The notes under the pieces are model-generated. The model had not been told where the DNA came from. It saw nothing but the letters and a program-made list of their open reading frames with translations, and searched no databases. Positions 1 through 8,237 of a DNA stretch of 64,000 nt are shown one piece after another. This stretch comes from an uncultured Candidatus Micrarchaeota archaeon (GTDB lineage Archaea; Micrarchaeota; Micrarchaeia; Anstonellales; Bilamarchaeaceae). Position 1 is the first letter of the stretch. Every line of letters begins with the position of its first letter. Location: the NCBI GenBank assembly GCA_903835385.1, contig CAILMQ010000015.1, positions 1,252-65,251 on the forward strand, in the 5' to 3' direction. A program made the translations under genes and the position numbers.

Positions 1-243
1 ACTGGACAGTGCGCTTTATGGGTTAAAATTGCTTTCGGCTGGGCAAGTACTAGGTTTTTCCCATTAGCCGAGAACCGTTGTTTTCTTTCTGCATACTAGG
101 AAGACGTCGTCTCCATCCATGCAAGTGCTCCGTCCGGAGCCACGAAGTGGCGAGGACCCTTGCCCGGTCCGCCGGGCAAGCGGTCAGTCGTTAGGGGGCT
201 GACTTCCGTGTAAAAAATTTTAAGCGCTGTGTTGGGCAGCAGC

Positions 244-552
244 TCACGCTTCCATGACGTGGGAACCGGCGTCGTCCTCCACCGTTATGCGCACCGGGGA
301 CCGGGAAACCGGGAAGCTGAATCTCGCCTCCTCGCCATTCCTGAGGCCTGCGCGGACGAGGCACACGCCCGTTCCATCTCCGCCGCACACCTCGATGCGC
401 CTGACGTCCCTCTTAGCCCTTACGTTTATCACGGTGTTCCCCGCCTCCATGGTTTTCTCAACTGAAACAGGGCCTTTGGGCCTGGTGAGCAGATAGGCTG
501 CCGCGATAATGCATCCCAGGACCGCCAGTGCGGCGCATGCCTCCAGAATCAT
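244..552 (-). CDS. small membrane-anchored hypothetical protein (102 aa from Met MILEACAALAVLG)
   Basis: ORF 244..642. The hydrophobic N-terminal helix begins at the Met at 552. Its ATG overlaps the TGA of the upstream PIN gene (ATGA at 549-552), suggesting translational coupling. No recognisable domain. Confidence 0.45.
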   Translation of the reverse strand: MILEACAALAVLGCIIAAAYLLTRPKGPVSVEKTMEAGNTVINVRAKRDVRRIEVCGGDGTGVCLVRAGLRNGEEARFSFPVSRSPVRITVEDDAGSHVMEA

Positions 553-932
553 ACGAACCCCACTTTGGCCTTCGTCCTCAGGCCCACGACCCTGAGCCGC
601 TCGGCCTTCAGGCGCCGCTTCAGTCCCCTGTCGTTGGTGCACACCACCGCACGGTTCTGCTTTGCGTATTCGAAGAGCCAGTCGTCCACCGGCAGCCCGG
701 ACTCCACCCGCTTCGCCTTTTCTTTTTTGGATTCCAGGAGCTTCAACGCGAAGCGTGCCGCGGCTCCGGTCCTGCCCGGCCGCCTGGCAATGCCCCTGAG
801 CTCTCCCACGACGCAGGAGGGCACCACCAGCGTGAACTGCCCGTCCAGCAGGCGCTCCAGCTCGCTGAACACGTCCACCTTGAACTGAAATGGGACAAGA
901 AGGAAATTTGTATCCATCACGACTTCGGTCAT
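549..932 (-). CDS. PIN-domain protein (Fcf1/VapC-like ribonuclease fold)
   Basis: 127 aa. N-terminal VVMDTNFLL acidic motif, central VVPSCVVGEL, C-terminal VVCTNDRGLKRRL. This is the typical archaeal PIN layout. Confidence 0.75.
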   Translation of the reverse strand: MTEVVMDTNFLLVPFQFKVDVFSELERLLDGQFTLVVPSCVVGELRGIARRPGRTGAAARFALKLLESKKEKAKRVESGLPVDDWLFEYAKQNRAVVCTNDRGLKRRLKAERLRVVGLRTKAKVGFV

Positions 933-1119
933 GGCAGTTATTAGCAGGGAATGGGATTAAAATAGAATAGGAGGGAAATACGGGTTACGGGAGCAAAACA
1001 GGTACTTGTTGGCATAAGCGGTTGAAAGAGGAGTGAAAAGGAATGTTTAAAAATGTTTTGGTCTATAAACACTTTAGTATAAAATTATAAACAAAACTAT
1101 AGAGAGCGGGTGATGCGGG

Positions 1120-2664
1120 ATGAATGAAACAATAAGAAAACAAAAAACAGAAAAACACGAGGTTGGAAGGACAAGCGGGCCGACGGGAAAGAGCCGGTTC
1201 GCTGGAAGGAATGTGCTTCTCTCAGCTGGTCTGGGCCTTGCGCTCACAGCGACGTGCGGCGGCTCCTCGAGTTCGCCGAATACAACCGATGCTGGAGCCT
1301 GCACGATGGTTAAGGGCACTGACGGCCTGAATACCTGCACTCCGGCGGATGTTTGTGAGCTCGGACTGGTTCCGGACAACCCAACAAGCGACGGCGGTAC
1401 GTCCAAGGCGGGATGCGTGCCGAAGCAGAAGAGGGATGCGTCTCCCGTAGAGGCTTCGCAGGGCGAGGTTTCGGAAGATGCAGAGGCGGCGGAAGTTCCA
1501 CCGATTGTCGATACTGCGCCTGTTTCACCGGTCGATGTGGCTGAACCGGATGCAAAGGTTGCTGTTGATACAAGTGTGGATGCGGGCCCTGTGTGCACTG
1601 TGAAAAAGGCGACCAGGGCTTACGTAAAGCTCGGTTCCAACTGGAGGATTGCCGGATACGCGTGCGACACCAATGGCAGCGAGTCCAAGATGGATGATGG
1701 CGTAACCGTAGAGAGGAAAACCGAGACAGGCGACTTCGAGACGTGCGCCGTCGCGGTAACCCCGGGCACGGCAACTTCGGTCACGGCAACTCCGAAAGGG
1801 GTCACTGTCACGTGCCCGACGGTAACGATACAGGCCGGTACCGGCGGATGCACACAGACCGCGGTTGAAGAGACCAGCGCGTGCGCCAATACCAACAGCG
1901 TACTCGTGACTGGCGGCACCACGGTCTCCGCGAACCTCGGTTCGAAGGCAGTGGTCAATGTGGCTGCGACACAGTCCCAGAGGATTTACCTGCCAAAGGA
2001 CTCAAGCTCCCAGGCGGGCAGCGAGGCCGGCACCGACAATCTCAACCTGGCAGGCACGCCCGTCACCGCGAAGTTAGCTTCGCTCGGTGTCGGTGATGAC
2101 GGCAAGGTCGTAGTTGCAGGCAAGGTCCCGGGCCCGACGGGCAAGACCACATGCGGCACTGCGGTGGGCGCTTCGCCTGTGCAAATAGGCGATGTCACGG
2201 TTTCCAGCGTCATCAGCGAGGCTGATGTGAGGGATGACTCGGCGTTCACGGCGGATATGGCCTACGACGCCAACGACTTTAACGGTGTTTCGGAAAACGG
2301 CGCGACGCTCAATTTCGGCGGCGTGCGCGTGACCGTGCCCGGCATAGTCGTGAGCGGCAATTCCGCGGCGGTCGTGCTCAAGGAAGCTGTCAGCTCGAAG
2401 AAACCCTGCGTGGTCCTGACGGGTGAGGGCAGCGATGTTGCGTGCGGCATACAGTACAATGCCAAGCCGGTGAGTGTGAATGCGGGCTACCACAAGAACA
2501 GCTGCGCAGTCAAGACCGGTGATGCGGGTGCCACGCAAACGACCGACACTGCGAAGGCAGGGCCGGTGGTTGACGCGGGCGCTCCTGATGCCGTAGCGGT
2601 GGGTGCGGATGTTTTCGCGCCGTCCGCTCCGGTTGAGGCGGGCGCACCGGCAGAAGCCGATTGA
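1120..2664 (+). CDS. secreted or lipobox-anchored Thr/Gly/Val-rich surface protein, hypothetical
   Basis: 514 aa. N-terminal basic region, then hydrophobic LLSAGLGLALTATCGGSSSS (lipobox-like LTATC). The rest is low-complexity T/A/V/G-rich. A T-rich terminator follows. Confidence 0.6.
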   Translation: MNETIRKQKTEKHEVGRTSGPTGKSRFAGRNVLLSAGLGLALTATCGGSSSSPNTTDAGACTMVKGTDGLNTCTPADVCELGLVPDNPTSDGGTSKAGCVPKQKRDASPVEASQGEVSEDAEAAEVPPIVDTAPVSPVDVAEPDAKVAVDTSVDAGPVCTVKKATRAYVKLGSNWRIAGYACDTNGSESKMDDGVTVERKTETGDFETCAVAVTPGTATSVTATPKGVTVTCPTVTIQAGTGGCTQTAVEETSACANTNSVLVTGGTTVSANLGSKAVVNVAATQSQRIYLPKDSSSQAGSEAGTDNLNLAGTPVTAKLASLGVGDDGKVVVAGKVPGPTGKTTCGTAVGASPVQIGDVTVSSVISEADVRDDSAFTADMAYDANDFNGVSENGATLNFGGVRVTVPGIVVSGNSAAVVLKEAVSSKKPCVVLTGEGSDVACGIQYNAKPVSVNAGYHKNSCAVKTGDAGATQTTDTAKAGPVVDAGAPDAVAVGADVFAPSAPVEAGAPAEAD

Positions 2665-2710
2665 ATTTCTTTTTTATTTATCTTTATTTATTTTAATAAA
2701 AAGAGCACCC
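2665..2710. terminator. T-rich/A-rich bidirectional terminator region between convergent genes
   Basis: Plus strand reads tttcttttttatttatctttatttatttt directly after the stop at 2664. The minus strand reads ctttttatt directly after the ACT gene stop at 2711. Confidence 0.5.
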
Positions 2711-3106
2711 CTACTCCTTGATGCCGAGGACTTCCCTGGCCTTGTCCATGTCGAACGACGCGGGCTTGAACGCGACTTCTGTGTAGTCGTTCTTCTTGGA
2801 GACTATGTAGAGCGATTCGAGGTTGACTCCCCTGTTGGCGAGCTTCCTCGTTATCTTGCCCAGCTCACCGGGCCGGTTCAGCATCTTTATCACGAGGATG
2901 TCGGACTCCTGGACCCGGACTTCGGGAATCTTGGAAAGCGCCTTGTTGGCGCTGGCCGAGTCGGCCGTGAGCACCCTGAAGAACGCCTTCTCGGCGAATC
3001 CGTAGCAGGATATCGCCTCGATGTTCACCCCGACGCCGCCGAGCGCTTCCGCGACCGTGGCGAGCGAGCCGACCTGGTTCTTCGCGGTAATTATGAGTTC
3101 TTTCAT
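2711..3106 (-). CDS. ACT-domain protein (two tandem ACT-like halves)
   Basis: 131 aa. MKELIITAKNQVGSLATVAEALGGVGVNIEAIS, then a second half ILVIKMLNRPGELGKITRKLANRGVNLESL. Both match the ACT beta-alpha-beta-beta-alpha-beta signature. Confidence 0.7.
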   Translation of the reverse strand: MKELIITAKNQVGSLATVAEALGGVGVNIEAISCYGFAEKAFFRVLTADSASANKALSKIPEVRVQESDILVIKMLNRPGELGKITRKLANRGVNLESLYIVSKKNDYTEVAFKPASFDMDKAREVLGIKE

Positions 3107-3185
3107 GGAAAACCACCGAAGGGATATCCAGCACAGAGATTAAATAGGTTGCGATGGAGAAGGGAGTAAAATATAGAGGAAAAGC

Positions 3186-3503
3186 ATGGCAGTGACTAAA
3201 AGGCGGATAATGGGGAAATTATCGGGCGTCGTGGACCCGGAACTCGGGGTTAACATAGTGGACCTCGGGCTGATTTACGAAGTCCGCGTGAAAAAGGCGG
3301 GAAGCGGGGGGAAGCAGAAGGCCGAGGTCGTGATGACGTTCACCACGCCCGCATGCCCGCTCGCGAACTACCTGCTCGGGCAGGTGGAATCCAGGCTGAA
3401 CGAGCTGCCGGACATCGACATAAGCGTCCGGGTGGTGTTCGAACCCGCCTGGAGCCAGGACAGGATGTCCGAAAAGGCGAAGATTAAACTTGGAATGAAA
3501 TAA
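3186..3503 (+). CDS. DUF59/MIP18-family Fe-S assembly protein (SufT/PaaD-like)
   Basis: 105 aa. VVDPELGVNIVDLGLIY and MTFTTPACPLANYL (conserved Cys) are characteristic of the family. Confidence 0.75.
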   Translation: MAVTKRRIMGKLSGVVDPELGVNIVDLGLIYEVRVKKAGSGGKQKAEVVMTFTTPACPLANYLLGQVESRLNELPDIDISVRVVFEPAWSQDRMSEKAKIKLGMK

Positions 3504-3536
3504 TAATCTGAAACTAATGATTGTTGAAGTGATGAA

Positions 3537-4892
3537 ATGAGGCTGACTTTTTACGGGGGCGCGGGCGAGGTGGGAAGGTCCTGCGTGCTCCTCGAGGACA
3601 ATAACAAGAACCTGATGATGGACGCCGGCATAAAGCTCGGCGAGAAGACGGAGTATCCGCTCATAGGCGACATGGAGCTGCGGCGCATCCATGACATAGC
3701 CATAACCCACGCGCACCTGGACCACTGCGGCTACCTTCCGCACGTGTATTCCAAGGACGCGAAGCCCAGGATATGGCTCACCAAGCCCACCCGCGACCTG
3801 ATGGGCATACTGCTTTCCGACTACCACAGGATACAGAATGACAAGATTTCGCGGAATTTCTCAGGCCGCGAGGAATCGCCGGATTCACCGCGCAAGGACA
3901 GGGGGACCCAGAGGCTTTTTGGCATAAAGGACGTGAACGCGGTGATGCAGGACGCCAGGATACTGGAGCCCGGCGAGGAGGCGAAGGGCTCGGACTTCAG
4001 GTTCACGCTGCACCAGACGGGCCACATCATGGGCAGCGCCATGATCAGGGTGCCGGATGCGGGTGGCATAATCTACAGCGGCGACATCTGCATGCGGAAA
4101 ACGCGGATACTGGACGGCTGCGAGCAGGGTCTCTCGGCGCGCACGCTCATAATGGAAAGCACGTACGGCAAGAAGGAGGATATCATACCCAGCTACAAGG
4201 AATCCGCCATGAAGCTGATAACTACGGTGAACAAGACACTCGACGCCGGGGGCCATGTGATAATACCGTCCTTCGCGGTCGGCAGGGGGCAGGAAATACT
4301 CATGATACTGGACGATTACATGCGCTCGGGCGCGCTCGCCCAGTCCAGGATATACATAGAAGGCATGATAGGCAAGGCCACGCGCATCTACAGGCACAAC
4401 GCCTACTATGCGAACGATGACATCAAGAGGCGCATACTGATGTCCGAGGACGACCCCTTCAAGTCCAGCGCGTTCCACACGCCGACCAGCAAGAACCGCG
4501 AGGACGTGCTGAGGGAGCCGTGCATAATCGTGACCACCTCGGGCATGCTGAGCGGGGGGCCGGTGCTGTTCTATCTGGAGAAGCTGGGCACGGACCCGAG
4601 GAACAAGCTCGTTTTCGTGGGCTTCCAGGCGCCGGGCACGCGTGGCGCGAAGATACTGGCCGGAGAGCGGAAGATACAGATAAAAGACAAGGAGATAGAA
4701 CTCAAACTCCAGGTGGAGCAGATAAAGATATCCGGCCACGCGGACTTCAACGAGCTGGTGCAGTTCGTGAAGGGCGTAAAGGGCCTGAAGCGCGTGTTCG
4801 TCATCCATGGCGAGGAAACCGACCTGCCGGAAGCGCTGGGGAACCAATACGAGGTCATAGTGCCGAAGCTGCTGGAGACGTACGGGGTATGA
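3537..4892 (+). CDS. metallo-beta-lactamase / beta-CASP ribonuclease (aCPSF2 or RNase J-like, no KH domains)
   Basis: 451 aa. HAHLDHCG motif 2, later SGDI, ESTYG, and a C-terminal ISGHAD...VFVIHGE beta-CASP/motif C region. Confidence 0.8.
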   Translation: MRLTFYGGAGEVGRSCVLLEDNNKNLMMDAGIKLGEKTEYPLIGDMELRRIHDIAITHAHLDHCGYLPHVYSKDAKPRIWLTKPTRDLMGILLSDYHRIQNDKISRNFSGREESPDSPRKDRGTQRLFGIKDVNAVMQDARILEPGEEAKGSDFRFTLHQTGHIMGSAMIRVPDAGGIIYSGDICMRKTRILDGCEQGLSARTLIMESTYGKKEDIIPSYKESAMKLITTVNKTLDAGGHVIIPSFAVGRGQEILMILDDYMRSGALAQSRIYIEGMIGKATRIYRHNAYYANDDIKRRILMSEDDPFKSSAFHTPTSKNREDVLREPCIIVTTSGMLSGGPVLFYLEKLGTDPRNKLVFVGFQAPGTRGAKILAGERKIQIKDKEIELKLQVEQIKISGHADFNELVQFVKGVKGLKRVFVIHGEETDLPEALGNQYEVIVPKLLETYGV

Positions 4893-4950
4893 TTAGGTTT
4901 TCTCATTAGCCGGTTATTAGCTGCCTTATTACTGTGAACCAAGGGAGCCT

Positions 4951-5152
4951 TAATGTTCGGCGTACCGAACATTAGGCGCCGCCCTATTGTCCGACCGATA
5001 AATCGACGCCTCGATTTATGGTCCATTGGTCGTTGCGACGACCAATCGGACGCATCGGACAATGGGGCACCGCGATGCTGCGGCATCGCGATTGTGTTCG
5101 GATTGCCGAACACGTGCGACGCAGACGAATGCTTGATATATGCTGCGTCAGC
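4951..5152. repeat. array of six short near-perfect inverted repeats (hairpins) plus one enclosing long-range helix
   Basis: HP1 4951-4974 (10 bp, loop CGTA). Helix 4981-4994/5055-5068 (14 bp, one G-U) encloses HP2 4998-5019 (9 bp, loop CGCC) and HP3 5025-5046 (9 bp, loop TGCG). HP4 5071-5090 (8 bp, loop TGCG). HP5 5094-5113 (8 bp, loop ATTG). HP6 5118-5149 (7 bp stem). Lies between convergent gene ends. Confidence 0.6.
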
Positions 5153-5219
5153 CGCTACGGGATTTGAAGAACAGCCTGCTGGCAAATGACTAAAAACAGG
5201 AAGAAAAAAGGTAAAACTA

Positions 5220-8200
5220 CTAGGAGTACGCCAGGCACTGGTATGTTGAGGCTCCGATGTCAATGGAGCACGACTTATCCTTGCCCACGATTGCCACGAG
5301 CTGTGCCGGCACGGTGGTGAACACCTGCACCCTGGTGGTCTTGCTGCCCGGGGAAGTGCCGGTGCTGAGCTGCCATATCACACTGTCGGGATTGCACTGC
5401 TTTAGTTTGCCCGGCGGCCCGCACATCACGCGGTAATAGCCCCTGCCCCCCTCGTCGAATATGGTGCAGTAGTCCGAGCTGGGCCCTGGCCTGCACCCGG
5501 GGCAATCCGGAGGATTTGCCTGCGTGCCGACGTCTATCTGGGTGAAGTTGCACGGCGCAGGCCTCATGTCGAACGCGCACGCCCAGAGCGTCGTGCTTAT
5601 GTTGTCCGTGGTCGCGGTATACACCGTGTCCGGCCCCCTGTCCGGGTTTATGCTGCCAATCACCTGGAAGAGCGGGTCCGGGAAAGGGTCCCACAGCACT
5701 CCGCTGCACGCGACCGGGGTGCCGTTGATTGTACAGCTGGTGTTGAATGTCTGGTTGTCCCCCAAAGACAGGCTTGCGGCCGGGGGGTTTATGGCGAGCG
5801 TGTTGTTCGGCGGAACGACGGTCAGGTTGGACGCGCAGGACACGTTCCCTACCGTGGCGTTCAGCTTGCCCGTGGTGCCGATGTCCGATATGGGGACCAC
5901 GGACGCGCCCGTGGACCCGGTGTCGAATAGTATGCCCTCCATGCCCTGCAGCTCCCAGCTTGCGCTTACGCATGGCACGGTGTTGTTGGTGTTGTTGAAG
6001 CACACCAGGCCGAATGCCGCCACCTCGAGCCTGCCCACGCTGGCCTCTGGCGGCGTCACGTTGCAGCCCATCACTCCCGGCACAGGCTTGGCGCCTACGG
6101 TTATTGATGTGAAATTGCACGGCGTTGGCGCCATGCCGGACGCGCACGCCCAGAGTTCAGTGGCCGTGTTGTCCACGGTCGCGGTGTAGTTCGTCATCGG
6201 GCCCGTATCCGGGCTTATCTCCCCGTCAACTGCGGGAAAGTCCGTGGGATTCCACTGCACTCCGGCGCATGCGACACTGTTGCCGACATGCGTGCAGTTT
6301 GTGTTGAATATCTGGCCGCCCATGAACGGCAGGTCCACTGACGGCGGATTTACCGCGATTGTGTTGGTCGGCGGAACCACGGTCAGGTCGGACGAGCATG
6401 AGACCGGCCCTATGGCCGCGCTCAGCGTGCCAGTGGTGCCGATGCCGGATGTCGTGAATATTGATGCGCCTGTGGGCCCGGTGTCGAACAGCCTGGCGTC
6501 AATGCCCTGCAACTCCCAGTCCACGCTGCCGCACGGCAGGGGATTGCCTGAATCATCAAGGCACTCGAGGCTGAATGGTGTTATTTCGGAGTAGCCCACG
6601 CTGGCAGGCGACGGAGTTATGATGCAGCTCGACACGCCCTGCACGCTTACGGGCTGGCCGCTGTCCGAGTATGCGCAGGACGCCTTGAAATCGCCGGTCA
6701 CGTCCGCGCTCACGTCTCCGGTTCCGGGTGCCGGGAACGTCACGTCCGCGCTCGCGTAATCGTTGGCTCCCAGGGTGCCGAAGTCCGGCGGCGTGATTGC
6801 CCACGCGACGCTGGAACCCGTGCACGGGCCCAGGTCTCCCTTGAGATGGGCGCACTGGACGCTAAATGTCCTGGTTTCGCCGGGGTGCACCGGCATCGTG
6901 CCGTCGGTGATTGCGCACCTGTCGCCCGGGCCCACGTCAACCTGCACCGCGTCTATGTTGCAGGCCGATGCCTGCCTTGCTGCCACATTGCATGCAGGCT
7001 GGTCCGAACTGAAGGAGAATGCGAGCTTGGCGCTGTAGCTGCCTTCGGCCGTGCCCGCAGGAACCGCGACCTGAACGTACAGGGTCCTGCTGCCGCCAGG
7101 GTTGACGGCTCCGGACGGGCCGAAGCCGTTGGACGGCACCGAGGTGCACGACGGCGGGTTCTGGCAGCACTCGGGGTTCGTGGACGGCCTGTCGCCCCCG
7201 CTCTGTGCGCACAGCATGTTGTTGAACGCGGCTGCGGCCAGTGCCGGATTGTCGCTGGTGACGCCGGTGACGTAATTGGCCACCTGGCCGGTGTCGCTTA
7301 TGGTGACGGGTATGACTGTGTAGCTGCCGGCCTGCATGGACAGCGGCTGCGCCCCGGAGAGCCCGCAGGAAAGCGCGTTCTGGCGGTTCTCCACCACTAT
7401 GTTATACACGTTCGTGCCCAGGGCGGCGTCGTATGGCGGTGCGCCTGCGCCTGCCTGGGCTGAAATCCTGGAGTAGACCTCCTCTCCCTGGTATTTGCCG
7501 CATACGGGGTGCCTCACGGTTGCCGCGCAGCCCTTGACCTCATAGGAATCCTTTATGGCATAGCTGCCCAGGTTGCTGAGCGGAACGGTGTTGTGGAATG
7601 ATAAGCCGCTGTCCGAAGGGGAAAGGCCGGGATAGGAGCCCGAGGGCGTTGTCGCCGAGGGCGTTCTCGTGCCCCAGCAGGTCACGGCAACTGTTCCCAG
7701 CCTGTTCGTGATTTGGGTGCCATAATTGTCATAGACGTCTATCTTTTTGTCATTGAGCGCGCCCTCGTGGCCCCAGCACGTCGGGTTGTTGTAATTGCAT
7801 ATGCTCACGGAGCTGATTGCATCGTAGTCTGCCTTGTTCCAGGACACCGGGAAATTGCCCCCTGTCGCAGAGGAAGCCCCCGGGGTGCATGTTTCCCAGA
7901 CCTCGGCAAATGCGTAGAAGTTCGGCGCGGACCATGAGCCGCTCATGGACGAATCCAGCGATGCGGTCGCGCCGGGGCACAGCACCGCGCCGTCGAGCGA
8001 GCCTCCTGAGCCGTACGAGAGCACCTTGGAGTCGTCAATGGAAAGCGTGGACGTGAAGGCGCCGCTGAAACCGGGCTTCAGGTTTATGAACGCATAGCCT
8101 GACGTGGTGTATATCTCGTAAAGGGGAGTGGACTGGTCGTTCCAGGAAAGCGTTTTCTGCTGGCTGGCTGGCCACGCCGCTCCGGCAAGGAGCAAAAAAA

Positions 8201-8237
8201 CGAAGATGGTTAGCGCTCTGGCATGCATTGGAATCAT
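5220..8237 (-). CDS. large secreted Cys-rich surface protein with Ig-like (Big-type) repeats and many N-glycosylation sequons
   Basis: 1005 aa. Signal peptide MIPMHARALTIFVFLLLAGAAWPASQ. Many paired Cys. Two tandem 187-aa repeats (aa 538-724 and 725-911). Dense NxS/T sequons. The start overlaps the upstream gene stop by 4 nt. Confidence 0.7.
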   Translation of the reverse strand: MIPMHARALTIFVFLLLAGAAWPASQQKTLSWNDQSTPLYEIYTTSGYAFINLKPGFSGAFTSTLSIDDSKVLSYGSGGSLDGAVLCPGATASLDSSMSGSWSAPNFYAFAEVWETCTPGASSATGGNFPVSWNKADYDAISSVSICNYNNPTCWGHEGALNDKKIDVYDNYGTQITNRLGTVAVTCWGTRTPSATTPSGSYPGLSPSDSGLSFHNTVPLSNLGSYAIKDSYEVKGCAATVRHPVCGKYQGEEVYSRISAQAGAGAPPYDAALGTNVYNIVVENRQNALSCGLSGAQPLSMQAGSYTVIPVTISDTGQVANYVTGVTSDNPALAAAAFNNMLCAQSGGDRPSTNPECCQNPPSCTSVPSNGFGPSGAVNPGGSRTLYVQVAVPAGTAEGSYSAKLAFSFSSDQPACNVAARQASACNIDAVQVDVGPGDRCAITDGTMPVHPGETRTFSVQCAHLKGDLGPCTGSSVAWAITPPDFGTLGANDYASADVTFPAPGTGDVSADVTGDFKASCAYSDSGQPVSVQGVSSCIITPSPASVGYSEITPFSLECLDDSGNPLPCGSVDWELQGIDARLFDTGPTGASIFTTSGIGTTGTLSAAIGPVSCSSDLTVVPPTNTIAVNPPSVDLPFMGGQIFNTNCTHVGNSVACAGVQWNPTDFPAVDGEISPDTGPMTNYTATVDNTATELWACASGMAPTPCNFTSITVGAKPVPGVMGCNVTPPEASVGRLEVAAFGLVCFNNTNNTVPCVSASWELQGMEGILFDTGSTGASVVPISDIGTTGKLNATVGNVSCASNLTVVPPNNTLAINPPAASLSLGDNQTFNTSCTINGTPVACSGVLWDPFPDPLFQVIGSINPDRGPDTVYTATTDNISTTLWACAFDMRPAPCNFTQIDVGTQANPPDCPGCRPGPSSDYCTIFDEGGRGYYRVMCGPPGKLKQCNPDSVIWQLSTGTSPGSKTTRVQVFTTVPAQLVAIVGKDKSCSIDIGASTYQCLAYS
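5505..6626 (-). repeat. intragenic tandem duplication, 2 x 561 nt (187-aa module)
   Basis: Module 1 (6066-6626) begins CIITPSPASVGYSEITPFSLECLDDSGNPLPCGSVDWELQG. Module 2 (5505-6065) begins CNVTPPEASVGRLEVAAFGLVCFNNTNNTVPCVSASWELQG. They are colinear to ...LWACA..PCNFT..I.VG. Confidence 0.8.

Noticed and set aside
1-243. SRP RNA, 5S rRNA or H/ACA sRNA at the left edge
   Set aside because: I could not find the helix-8 GGAA/AGCA motifs of SRP RNA, 5S loop signatures or ACA-box geometry. Left as an unassigned hairpin-rich region (see findings).
549-932. PIN gene plus downstream small membrane gene as a toxin-antitoxin pair
   Set aside because: The PIN protein resembles the housekeeping Fcf1-like archaeal PIN class. 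The partner is a membrane-anchored beta-rich protein, not a DNA-binding antitoxin, and the gene order (PIN first) is atypical for VapBC.
4953-5189. 78-aa ORF across the convergent intergenic region
   Set aside because: The sequence is built almost entirely from back-to-back perfect palindromes. There is no SD and the composition is implausible for a protein. Treated as a non-coding structured or repeat element.
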